Positions 11,491 through 21,975 of a stretch of DNA of 64,000 bases are shown piece after piece. Each line of letters starts with the position of its first letter. Positions within the stretch are counted from its first letter, which is position 1. Origin of the DNA: Heteronotia binoei (Eukaryota). The DNA lies in assembly GCF_032191835.1 (NCBI RefSeq), contig NC_083234.1, forward strand, positions 2,108,001-2,172,000, in the 5' to 3' direction. A model generated the notes under the pieces. The model saw only the letters and a program-made list of their open reading frames with translations. It searched no databases and was not told the DNA's origin. Position numbers and translations under genes: made by a program.

Positions 11491-12293
11491 TGGTGCAGGA
11501 AAAGTTAGAGCTGGTCCCCTTATGAAAACAACCCATGAAAGGTCTAGGTCATTCTATACGGTTTGAAGCACTTAAAATAACTCGATGCCTATAAGCTTGT
11601 AGATTTAGCTGCTAGAAGAGAATTTAGGTCAGACAGAGGGTTTATCTAAGGATAATCTTAGATATGAAAAAAGGTAATTTGGCCAGAACGATGCTTGTTA
11701 AATGGAGATGGGAAAAATCAGATAAAAGTTCTCATCAGACCTTATCTGAGTCCAGCCTGAGATCCAAAGAGAGACGGACATTAGCCAGTATGGTTGCCCA
11801 TCTGCACTTGCAGCTGGTGAGAAAATGATCAGATTGACTTAGAAGAGATATTTATCAGAGATAAGTGATAAGTTCTCATGGTAGAATCTATATAAGCCGT
11901 AGAAATTTTCCATAGCTAATGGGCTATTCTAGGGAGGTTAGCCGAAGTTTGGTTAAAGATCTTTACCAAGATTGGGCTGATAGAATCATAGCGGCTATGC
12001 TTAAGGAAACGTAGACTCAAGCAGGTATAAGATTGTAGAAGATTTGCTAACTGAGAAAATAGAGTGTGTAAGCCTAACTACTAAAACTGGAAATTACTTT
12101 AACTATATAAGAATATAAGAAGAGTTCTAACTATAAGAGCACAATGTGAGCTTGCTATCTAACTGCAAAGTATTTCGCTTCTTTTTTAAAACGCTTGAAT
12201 GCACTCTCTTGAGAGAACGATGGAAAATAAAGAAATCTTATTTGCTGTTTACTAAAAGTGTTTCTGGGTCATGTATTAGATTCTGGGAACAGC
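11491..12293 (+). mobile_element. Possible solo LTR of an unidentified element
   Basis: About 800 bp non-coding AT-rich block starting TG where CR1 similarity ends; AATAAA near 12227 followed by a GT-rich U5-like tail ending CA; no TSD found. Confidence 0.3.
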
Positions 12294-12353
12294 AGGATGT
12301 TTTGGGGAACTGTAGTAACACAAAAGTGTTTATGAATTATAAAAAGAGAAAAT

Positions 12354-12812
12354 TGTCAAGCATGGTGGAATTCCATGGGTAATTGATTGTTTTAGGGTCC
12401 TCCATAAAGCTGACCTGTGAAATGTCATGGAGGGCCAAGGTCTGTTAACTCTGTTATTCTTTTCCCCTCCCCCCTTCTTACTTTATTGCTTGCAAAGCAG
12501 AAGTAGAGAGAAATGAAACTAACTTGAGAAAGAGTAATCAGTACCTTCCCATACATTCCTCTTAGGGAGTGCAACACATCTGGGGAAAGCAAGGACGGAG
12601 TCCTGATAACTCCATGAGAATGTAGACATTTATGATAGTTTATGTGTGAGAGTGCATCCTTCGCCCCCACCTTTTGAAGTACTCCTTAAAATTATTGTAT
12701 CAATGTAGCTTTAGCATTACTCTCAAGAAACTGTTACACTGAAAGTATCGGTCTATCAATAAACGTAGTTTTGTATCAAACTTGACTCGTCATTGAAACC
12801 GCATGCTTGACA
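12354..12812 (+). repeat. 5' LTR
   Basis: 11-bp terminal inverted repeat TGTCAAGCATG/CATGCTTGACA; AATAAA near 12758. Confidence 0.95.
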
Positions 12813-12865
12813 TTTTGAGAGTAATCTTATAAGAAGTTTAACCGCCCTGGCAACTTTATAACCGA

Positions 12866-14349
12866 ATGGCTGAAAAGATTCCAGTGAGTAGTGAACTTCC
12901 AGAACCTGAGAAAGGGGCGAGAGCACCAACACTGCCGTGGCACATGCTGGACACCTGGAGAGTCACTGGGAAGGGCTTCCCTCTCCATATTCAACAACTC
13001 TTGGTCACCCTGCACCAGTGGCAACCGCGTACCTCCACCACCACCACGATGGATGAGGCACCGGCGCACAGAGATGCCATCCTAACCAGGCACATGCGCC
13101 GGGTGAAGATGGCCAATGGAGAGGGCGAGGCGGCCGAGCCTGGAGAGGAGGGGAGCGCAGCAGCGACCTGCGCAGAGATCGATCCACCTTTGGCAGAGGT
13201 GGAAACGGCTGGGACCCATGAAATAACGAGCCCGAGGAAAGACAAAGACGAGATTGCTCGAGAATTCCGATCGATGGTAAGAAAGGAAGTCGAAGAGGTC
13301 GCCAAGGGATTGTGGGATGAGATGCAAGCGATGACCACCATGATGGCTGGAGAATTCAACAGGCAAATCGACCGGATTATAAGGACAACTGACCCGAGAA
13401 GAGCCACGCAACCGCCTGCGGCGAAACCCTCGACAATACCCCCTGGGTGCAGCCAGCGGCACCCCCGGCCCCTCGAGAAAGCGGCCGAGGAGGGGAGTTG
13501 GAGGCCACCTTTGACGGGGACCCTGAAGAGGTGGAGTACTTCACAATCCAGGCCAATAGCTACATGCATTATTGGGAAACACCTTCCCTGACGAATTTAG
13601 TCGTGTGGACTACCTCGGATCGAAGCTGAAGGGGGCCGCGAAGAGATAGTACGTGAGTTTGTATGAAGCCATGAGCCCGGAACTGGACGACGTGGCCACT
13701 TTCCTCCAAGCATTGCTGGCCCAATATGAGGACCCCCTACAGGAGACCCGCATGTTGGCTGCCCTGAGGGACATACAACAAGGCTCTAAGTCGATCCGTG
13801 AGTATGCGGCCGAGTTCCACACCAACGCGGCTAAAGTGAGGGGGTGGAGTGAGCTGATGAAGATTGAGCATTTCACCCAGGGGCTGAATGCTAGTGTCCT
13901 GGAACGAGCCCTGCAGCAAGCGAGGTCCACCCTGGTGGGATGGATACAGCTGGCGGGAGAGGTAGAGACTAACATGAAGAGAGTGTCCATGCAGCATCAG
14001 CAGCAGAGCAGCAAGACGGGCCGTGACCAGAAACCAGGGGTGAAGACGGAGGCGAAGAAGACCCGGGGGGGGGAGGAGCAGGGAAGTCCTTGGCGATCCG
14101 CAAGTGTTTCCGTTGTGGTGACCCGAACCACTTGGCTAGTGGCTGCCCTAACCCCCCCCTAAGCCAACGTCCACCTCCACCAAGACAAGCACTCTGACTC
14201 CAAAGAAGCAGACCAGCCGCCCTAAGGATGCGGCGAAGAGCAGCGCGGCTGCAAGCTCGATCCCTGATGAGGAGACCATCGTCATCGATGAGCTGAATGA
14301 GATGTCCTGGGAGGACGAGCCGGCGGGAAACAAAGACGACCTGCTCTGA
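12866..14349 (+). pseudogene. Gypsy gag (frameshifted)
   Basis: ORFs 12866-13591 and 13653-14162 plus a CCHC knuckle at 14105-14146 in another frame; ends ...PAGNKDDLL* at 14347-14349. Confidence 0.85.
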
Positions 14350-17300
14350 ATGGTGCCAATCAGCAGGTCGCTGATGAACCGGCACCACTCAGGGTGAGAG
14401 TAACGGGGTCGCTATATTTTGTGCCAGTAATCTTGTTAAACAGCAGACTCAAGAGGTTTGTACAGGTGAAAGCCTTGATTGACTCGGGGTGCACGAGAGA
14501 CATAATCATCCCTAAACTGGTGGACGCGTTGGGGCTTCCCACGACGGCTTTGCTGCATGCCATACAGTTTGAGCAAATGGATGGGTCAGTGATGAGGGGG
14601 GAGCCATGCGTGTTAGAGACTCAATTAGTACCGGTGGGCATTAAAGACCACTGGGACCAGGAGGCTTTTGTAATAGCCCCATCCTCCTCTTACGATGTAG
14701 TTTTGGGAGTAGGATGGCTGGCCAAGCACAGGCCAGACATTCGCTGGGGAGACCAGACGATAGAGTTCAATGATACGAGGTGACAAGCCCATCATTGGAA
14801 TAAGGAGTGGGGCCCCAATCTGTCGCCCCAAAATGAGAAGGTTTGCTTGACAATGGAGGAAGTCCAGATGATCCCTAAGGCTTATCGAGACTTAAGGGGG
14901 GTGTTCAGTGAACAGGGAGCCAATGAACTCCTGCCCCATAGGGACACAGACTGTGCTATTGAATTGATCCTGAGGCAAGCCCTGTCTAAGGCAAAGCTGT
15001 ACTCAATGGGGTTGGCTGAAAAAGTGGAATTGAGGAAGTTCCTAGATAAGAACCTGAAAAGAGGCTTTATACGACCCGATACGGCCCCCCACGCAGCCCC
15101 CGTCCTCTTTAGGAAAAAGAAGGACGGCTCGCTTAGACTTTGTACTGATTTTCGCGGGATAAATGGGATTTCCACTTCCAACGCATACCCAATACCCCTC
15201 ATCAAGGACTTACTCAGTACTGTGTCGGAGGGGAAGATCTTTATTAAGCTGGACTTGAGAGATGAGTACTTCAGGGTGCGCATCAAAGAGGGGGACGAGT
15301 GGAAAACGGCATTCAATGCACCCATGGGACAGTTTGAGTACCTAGTGATGCCATTTGGGTTACAAGGAGCGCCGGGAGTGTTTATGAACTTTATCAATGA
15401 AGTGCTGAGGGAATATTTGTTTAAGGGGGTGGTGGTGTACTTGGATGACATAATTATCTATTCCCAAGACCTTCAATCACATGTGAAGCTAGTGAGGGAG
15501 GTCCTCAGCACACTGTTAAAGCATAAGTTGTATGCTAAGTTGTCTAAATGTGAGTTCCACAAAACCGAACTCGACTATTTGGGCTTCAGGGTATCCGGGC
15601 AGGGATTGGCTATGGACCCGAGTAAGGTGCAAGCGGTACTAGATTGGGCTCCCCTGAGGACACGTGGACAGCTCCAATCGTTCCTAGGGTTCACTAATTT
15701 TTACCCTACCTTCATACCAGGGTTCGCTCAAATAATGTTGCCCCTCACTGAGTTATTGGAAACAAAGGGGAAGGGTCCAGACTCCAAAAAACCAGGAGCA
15801 AAGCTAAATTGGACGCCGAAATGTCAAGAAGCGTTCAATAAGCTCAAAAGGCTGTTCACAAGTGAGCTAGTCTTAAGCCACCCCAATGAATTAAAGCCTT
15901 TCATTGTGCAATGTGATGCTTCCGACGTTGCTGTCGGAGCCATCCTCATGCAAAGGGACGAGGAGGGGAGGCTGAAACCATGTGCCTATATTTCTAAAAA
16001 ATTTTCCCAGGAGCAGAGAAATTGGTCAGTGTGGGATAAAGAGGCTTTTGCCGTGACCTATGCTTTAAAAACATGGAGGTCCTGGCTGGAAGGCGGCAAG
16101 CTGCCATTTGAAATTTGGACCGATCACAAAAATTTGGAGGCACTCACCAGCCTTCATAAACTCACTGTAAAGCAAATTAGATGGGCGGGATTTTTCTCTA
16201 AATTCGATTTCGTGTTGAAGGACATACTGGGGACAAAAAATTTCTTGGCCGACGCCCTTTCGCGCCTCCCACAGCAAAATAGCCAGAAAGAGGAGGTAGT
16301 GGACTCCCTGATCTTCCCTTCTCAAGTAGCTGCCATGGTAACCACACGGTCCAAATCAAGGCAGAATCTGCAGACGGAGAAAGGGGGGGGGGGAACGACT
16401 AACCACCGAGACCGAAAAGGAAGGGGAAGACCGCCCAGGTGAAGTACAAAAGGGAGAGGATGGGTTCTGGTATAAAGATGGCAAACTCTACGTCCCTAAG
16501 AGCCTCCGCTCAGAGGTCCTACAATTTTGCCATTCCAACAAGCTGGCCAGGCATTTTGGGTATGTGAAGACACGGCATCTAATTAACAGGCAGTTCTGGT
16601 GGCCATCTATGCAAAAGGACGTTTCTGAGTTCGTGGCTTCCTGCCCCATTTGCTTAATGGCTAAGAGAATAGGGGGAAAGCCCCCTGGGTTGTTGAAGCC
16701 TCTAGAAACAGTCACATGTCCCTGGTCTGTAGTGTCAATGGATTTTATAGTCGAACTACCAGTCTCGCAAGTGAAGACCGTAATTCTGGTAGTAGTGGAC
16801 ACCTTTTCCAAACTGGCACATTTCATTCCTTGTGCACAATTGCCATCCACTAAGAGGCTAGCTTATCTGTTTTTCCACCATATTGTGAAACTCCACTCAT
16901 TCCCCAATAAGATAAAAACATAATAGAAGCCATGTTGGATCAGGCCAGTGGCCCATCCAGTCCAACACTCTGTATTACACAGTGGCAAATTTTTTTTATA
17001 TATATACACACACTGTGGCTAATAGCCACTGATGGACCTCTGCTCCATATTTTTATCTAAACCCCTCTTGAAGCTGGCTATGCTTGTGGCCGCCACCACC
17101 TCCTGTGGCAGTGAATTCCACATGTTATCATTAGTGACAGAGGCCCACAGTTCGTTGCCAACTTCTGGTGGGAGTTTTGCAAACTGATGGGTATAGAACA
17201 GGGGTTGAGCTCAGCGTACCATCCACAGAAGGAAGGCCAAATGGAACAGATGAACGCGCTTTTAGAACAGTATTTACGGTGTTATGTGAACCACCAACAG

Positions 17301-17999
17301 TCTAATTGGGTGGACCTCTTGCTGTTTGCCGAATATGGTTACAACAGTGTGCATAGCTCAACCAAAGCTTCCCCATTTCAGATTGTAAATGGATACGAAG
17401 GCAAGCCTGTCCCCTTGTTGCCGGGGGGAGAGCGAGCCCGGGACCCCACCTCTTTTAAGCAATGGTGGGGTAAATTGGAGGGCAGCTGGAAGGGGATCCA
17501 AGAGAATCTAGAACTGGCCAAGGAAGCTTATGAAAAACAATATGATAAATCCCATGTGCCCGTGTGGGATTTCAAAGTGGGTGATTCTGTGTTTGTGTCA
17601 ACAAAAAACCTTCCGCTGAATCAGCCTTCCAAGAAGTTGGCTTATAGGTTTCTGGGTCCATTCAAAATCAAAAGGGTAATAAATAAAGTGACAGTAGAAT
17701 TGGAGTTACCCAAGATGTTTAGTAAAATACACCCTGTCTTTCATTGCAGTCTTTTGTGAAGAGACCTGGGTGGTACTCCTTGGCACCCTCAACCACCAGC
17801 TCCACAACCTATCCAGATTAGGAAAGAGTCATCATGAAGTAGAAGAAATTTTAGATGCTAAAGTGAAATGTGGAGTGTTGTATTATCTGATTAAGTGGAA
17901 ACATTTCCCTGCCAGCCAAAATTAATGGGTAGCAGAACGAAATGTCTTAGCCCCTGATCTGGTAAACGAGTTTTATAAAGCACTCCCCCCAAAACCCTG
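14325..17999 (+). pseudogene. Gypsy pol: protease-RT-RNaseH-integrase-chromodomain (disrupted)
   Basis: ORFs 14394-14783, 14847-16442, 16564-16923, 17187-17759; EVEEILDAKVKCGVLYYLIKWKHF chromodomain at about 17836-17999. Confidence 0.9.
16912..17126 (-). mobile_element. Short CR1 3'-end insertion inside the Gypsy integrase
   Basis: Removing it restores HSFPNK|IISDRGPQF; the insert matches the 3' UTR of the CR1 at 8433-8660. Confidence 0.9.
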
Positions 18000-18023
18000 A
18001 CGTTGATGTTAAGGGGAGCAGGA

Positions 18024-18482
18024 TGTCAAGTATGGTAGAATTCCACTGGTAATTGTTTTAGGGTCCTCCAGAAAGCTGGCCTGTGAAATGTCATGGAGGA
18101 CCAAGGTCTGTTAACTCTGTTATTCTTTCCCCCTCCCCCTCCTTACTTTATTGCTTGCAAAGCAGAAGTAGAGAGAAATGAAACTAACTTGAGAAAGAGT
18201 AATCAATACCTTCCCATACATTCCTCTTAGGGAGTGCGACACATCTGGGGAAAGCAAGGACGGAGTCCTGATAATGCTATGAGAATGTAGACATTTATGA
18301 TAGTTTATGTGTGAGAGCGCATCCCTCACCCCCACCTTTTGGAATCCTTTTGAAGTATGCCTTAAAAGTATTGGATCAATGTATCTTTAGAATTACTCTC
18401 AAGAAACTGTTACACTGAAAGTCTATCAATAAACATAGTTTTGTATCAAACTCAACTCATCATTGAAACTGCATGCTTGACA
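18024..18482 (+). repeat. 3' LTR
   Basis: About 93% identical to the 5' LTR by manual count (about 29 substitutions, 3 indels). Confidence 0.95.
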
Positions 18483-20927
18483 AAAATTCCCCAACACACT
18501 GTATTTAAGGGGAGGTAGTTGTGAATTTCCTGCATTGTGTAGGGGGTTGGACTAGAGGACCCTGGAGTTCCTTCCAACTCTGTGGCTCTATGATTCTAAG
18601 AGGCTGAAGTGCTATCATATGATGTGGAGTTGTTTTCTGTTGCCTCAGAAGATTGGACCAGAAACAACAGATTGAAACAACAGAGCGCTTCCTCAGTGGA
18701 AGAGGCTTCCTCAGGAGGTGGTGGGCTCTCCTTCCTTGGATGTTTCTAAACAGAGGCTAGATGGCCGTCTGATAGTAATGGAGATTCTGTGAAATCTGGC
18801 AGATCACAAGAAGGTTGCATCAGTGCTTAGTGTGCAGGGGGGAGGTACTTGTGAATTTCTTGCTGAGTGCAAGATGATCCTGGAGGTCCCTTCCAATACT
18901 ATGATTTTATTATCTATATCCTAATTTGCTGCTGCTCAAGGGCCTAATCAACTGCTGTAATCCAATCGTAGCTATACTTATTGCTCAAATACTTCTGCAT
19001 CTTCACTCTTAATTATGCCTTTCTGGCAATTAGCCCCATCACCTATATGTAAGTGTCTCGAGGCGGCAGGAGGAAGGTGGCGGGCCTAGCTTGCCTGGGA
19101 AATTATAGATGTTTGTATGCAAATGCTAGAAGTGTTCAAAGTAAAATTGGTGAATTGGAATGTTTAGTGTTGGGAGAAAACATAGACATTGTGGGAATTT
19201 CAGAAACTTGGTGGAATGAGGAGAATCAGTGGGACACGGTGATTCCTGGATATAAGCTATATCGGAAGGATAGGGAGGGAAGGGTTGGAGGTGGGGTGGC
19301 TCTGTATGTCAGAGAGGATATACGGTCCAGTAAGACTGAGATCAGAGAATTAGATTCACTTTTAGAAATGCTTTGGGTTGAAATAGAGGGCCCAAAAGGA
19401 AATTTAACTATGGGAGTTTGTTATCGCCCACCAAATCAAAAGAGAGAGGATGATTATAATATGATGGAAGGCTTAAAGATAGCGGCTAAACGTAAAAACT
19501 GTGTTGTAATAGGTGATTTTAACTACCCGCAGATTGATTGGGTCAATATGTGTTCTGGTCGAGAGAAAGAGATTGAGTTTCTTGATGCTCTCAATGACTG
19601 TGCTATGGAGCAGATGGTCTCAGAACCTACCAGGGGTGGGGCGATCCTGGATTTGGTCCTAAGTAATGCCCAAGACTTGGTGAGAGATGTAAAAGTGATT
19701 GCGCCGCTTGGGAGCAGTGACCATAATGTTATTGATTTCACCGTTTGTATAAATAGGGAGTTGTCCAAAAAGACCACCACAACCACGTTTAACTTTAAAA
19801 GGGGTAAATACACTGAGATGAGGAGGCATGTGAGGAAGAAACTGAAAGGAAAGGTACATACGGTCAAAACCCTTGGGGAAGCTTGGACGCTATTTAAAAC
19901 TATAATCCTAGAAGCTCAGATAAAATACATACCACAAGTTAGGAAAGGCACAAACAGGCATAAGAAAAGGCCTGCATGGTTAACAAACAAAGTAATGGAA
20001 GCTGTAAAAGGTAAGAAGGACTCCTTTAAGCGGTGGAAAACCAGTCCAAGTGAGACTAGTAAAAGGGAACACAGGCTGTGGCAAATCAAATGCAAGACTG
20101 TGATCAGGCAGGCAAAAAGGGACTATGAGGAGCATATTGCAAAAAACATAAAGACCAACAATAAAACTTTCTTCAAATATATTAGAAGTAGGAAACCAGC
20201 CAGGGAGGCAGTGGGGCCCTTGGATGACCATGGGGTAAAAGGATTACTGAAGGAGGATAGGGAAATGGCTGAGAAGCTAAATGAATTTTTTGCCTCCGTC
20301 TTCACTGTAGAAGACGAGAACTTTTTGCCCGCCCCAGAACCACTAATTTTGGAAGGGGTGTTGAAAGACCTGAGTCAGATTGAGGTGACAAATGAGAAGG
20401 TCCTACAACTGATAGACAAATTAAAAACTAATAAGTCACCGGATCCGGATGGCATACATCCGAGAGTTCTGAAGGAACTCAAAGTTGAACTTGTGGATCT
20501 TCTAACAAAAATCTGTAATCTTTCATTGAAATCTGGCTCCGTTCCTGAGGACTGGAAGGTAGCAAATGTCACCCCCATCTTTAAAAAAGGTTCCAGAGGA
20601 GATCCGGGAAATTACAGGCCAGTCAGTCTGACTTCAATACCGGGAAAGTTGGTAGAAACCATTATCAAGGACAGAATGAGTAGGCACATTGATGGGAGAG
20701 CAATGCGCACGCGCTAAGACTCGGACGCCTCGTCCCCACTCTCCCTAAGAAAACAAAGATACAAGCTGTAAAAGAACGTAATTAAAAGCGGGAGTCATCG
20801 AAACTGGCTGCGAGACGTCTAACATAAGGAGGAGCAGAGTGAAAAGATAAGTGGCTTAAAGATAAGCAAGCTTAAATAAGCAATAATATCAAAGAAAAGG
20901 AGGGGAGGTTGAGGAAGCTGAGATAAC

Positions 20928-21743
20928 ATGGCGGTCACTGTGAAAAGCCTCTCAGAGCAATTAGCACAGTTCCAGACTTTAATGCTTGAATCTCAAGCTA
21001 AAGTACATGCAACGTTGGCTGACTTAACAACACAGATGCAGAGCTTAGGCACAGAACTTAAGGCAGTCGCTGGCGTTGCGACAGAAGCAAAGGCTCTTTC
21101 ACTGCAAAATAAAGGGGAAATTGACCTTTTGAAAAAACAATCCACAGAACTTTCAGACCGAAGCAGGAGGAAGAATGTTATCTTCTTTGGCATTTCAGAA
21201 GAAGTTAAGTCTTGCGATTTAGAGCAAACACTGGTGGATTTGTTATTAGACCAGGGCATGGAGATACAACTAGAAGAAGTAGAACGTGCTCACAGACTTC
21301 AAACAAGAAGGCAGGGCGGGGCGCCCCGCCCAGTTATAATGAAACTAGCAAGAGAGAAACTGCAGCAAAGAGTCCTCAAAACACTTAAAAAAGCTAAAGA
21401 CTTAACTTTTAAAGGCAGAAAAGTTTATGTGAAAGAAGACTTTTGTAAAGAAACATTACACCAAAGGTCTCAAATGAAACCCTATGCACAGAAACTTAAT
21501 CAAAGCGGCATTAAATTTAGCTGGGCATATCCAGCGTCTTTAGTTATCTACCAGGAGGGAAGAAGACTTTGTGCACGGCACCCTGAAGAGGCACGGGAGC
21601 TATTAAAGACATTGGGAGCAGATGAGAGGAGCAGTGAACCAATGCCTATGGAGGAACCTCACCAACCCCAGTCACAGGAGCAGGACCCAGAAGAAGGAGC
21701 ATCCACTCGATCGGAGAAAAGGATAAGACTGTCTCGAGACTGA
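20928..21743 (+). CDS. L1-type ORF1p (coiled coil, RRM, CTD), 271 aa, intact
   Basis: Heptad-rich N-terminus; RRKNVIFFGISE, VERAHR, RPVIMKL, YPASLVIY motifs. Confidence 0.88.
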   Translation: MAVTVKSLSEQLAQFQTLMLESQAKVHATLADLTTQMQSLGTELKAVAGVATEAKALSLQNKGEIDLLKKQSTELSDRSRRKNVIFFGISEEVKSCDLEQTLVDLLLDQGMEIQLEEVERAHRLQTRRQGGAPRPVIMKLAREKLQQRVLKTLKKAKDLTFKGRKVYVKEDFCKETLHQRSQMKPYAQKLNQSGIKFSWAYPASLVIYQEGRRLCARHPEEARELLKTLGADERSSEPMPMEEPHQPQSQEQDPEEGASTRSEKRIRLSRD

Positions 21744-21975
21744 GACATATTAAGGGAAGTATCCAAATAAAAACAAAATGGTTAAATAAGTAGTAACATA
21801 ACCCGGGAGGGGGGGGAGTGCGCTTGCTCAAGGTGTAGAGAAGGGATGAGTGATCATCCTCAGTCTATGGCTCTACACAAAGGGGGGGGAGAGATGGGGA
21901 AGGGGAGGGAAGAGGTATTTGGGAATGGGAAGGGGTACAAAAGTAAACTAGGTATTCAGCCAGGGGTACAAAAGA

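Larger units (their letters stand above)
12354..18482 (+). mobile_element. Full-length Ty3/Gypsy chromovirus (sushi-like) LTR retrotransposon, defective
   Basis: 459-bp LTRs 12354-12812 and 18024-18482 with TGTCAAG...CTTGACA ends; 5-bp TSD AAAAT; PPT aaggggagcagga 18011-18023. gag (TFDGDP, FTQGLN, CFRCGDPNHLASGC), protease ALIDSGC, RT YLDD, RNase H DAS, HHCC integrase, GPF/GPY region, chromodomain. Multiple frameshifts and stops. Confidence 0.96.
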
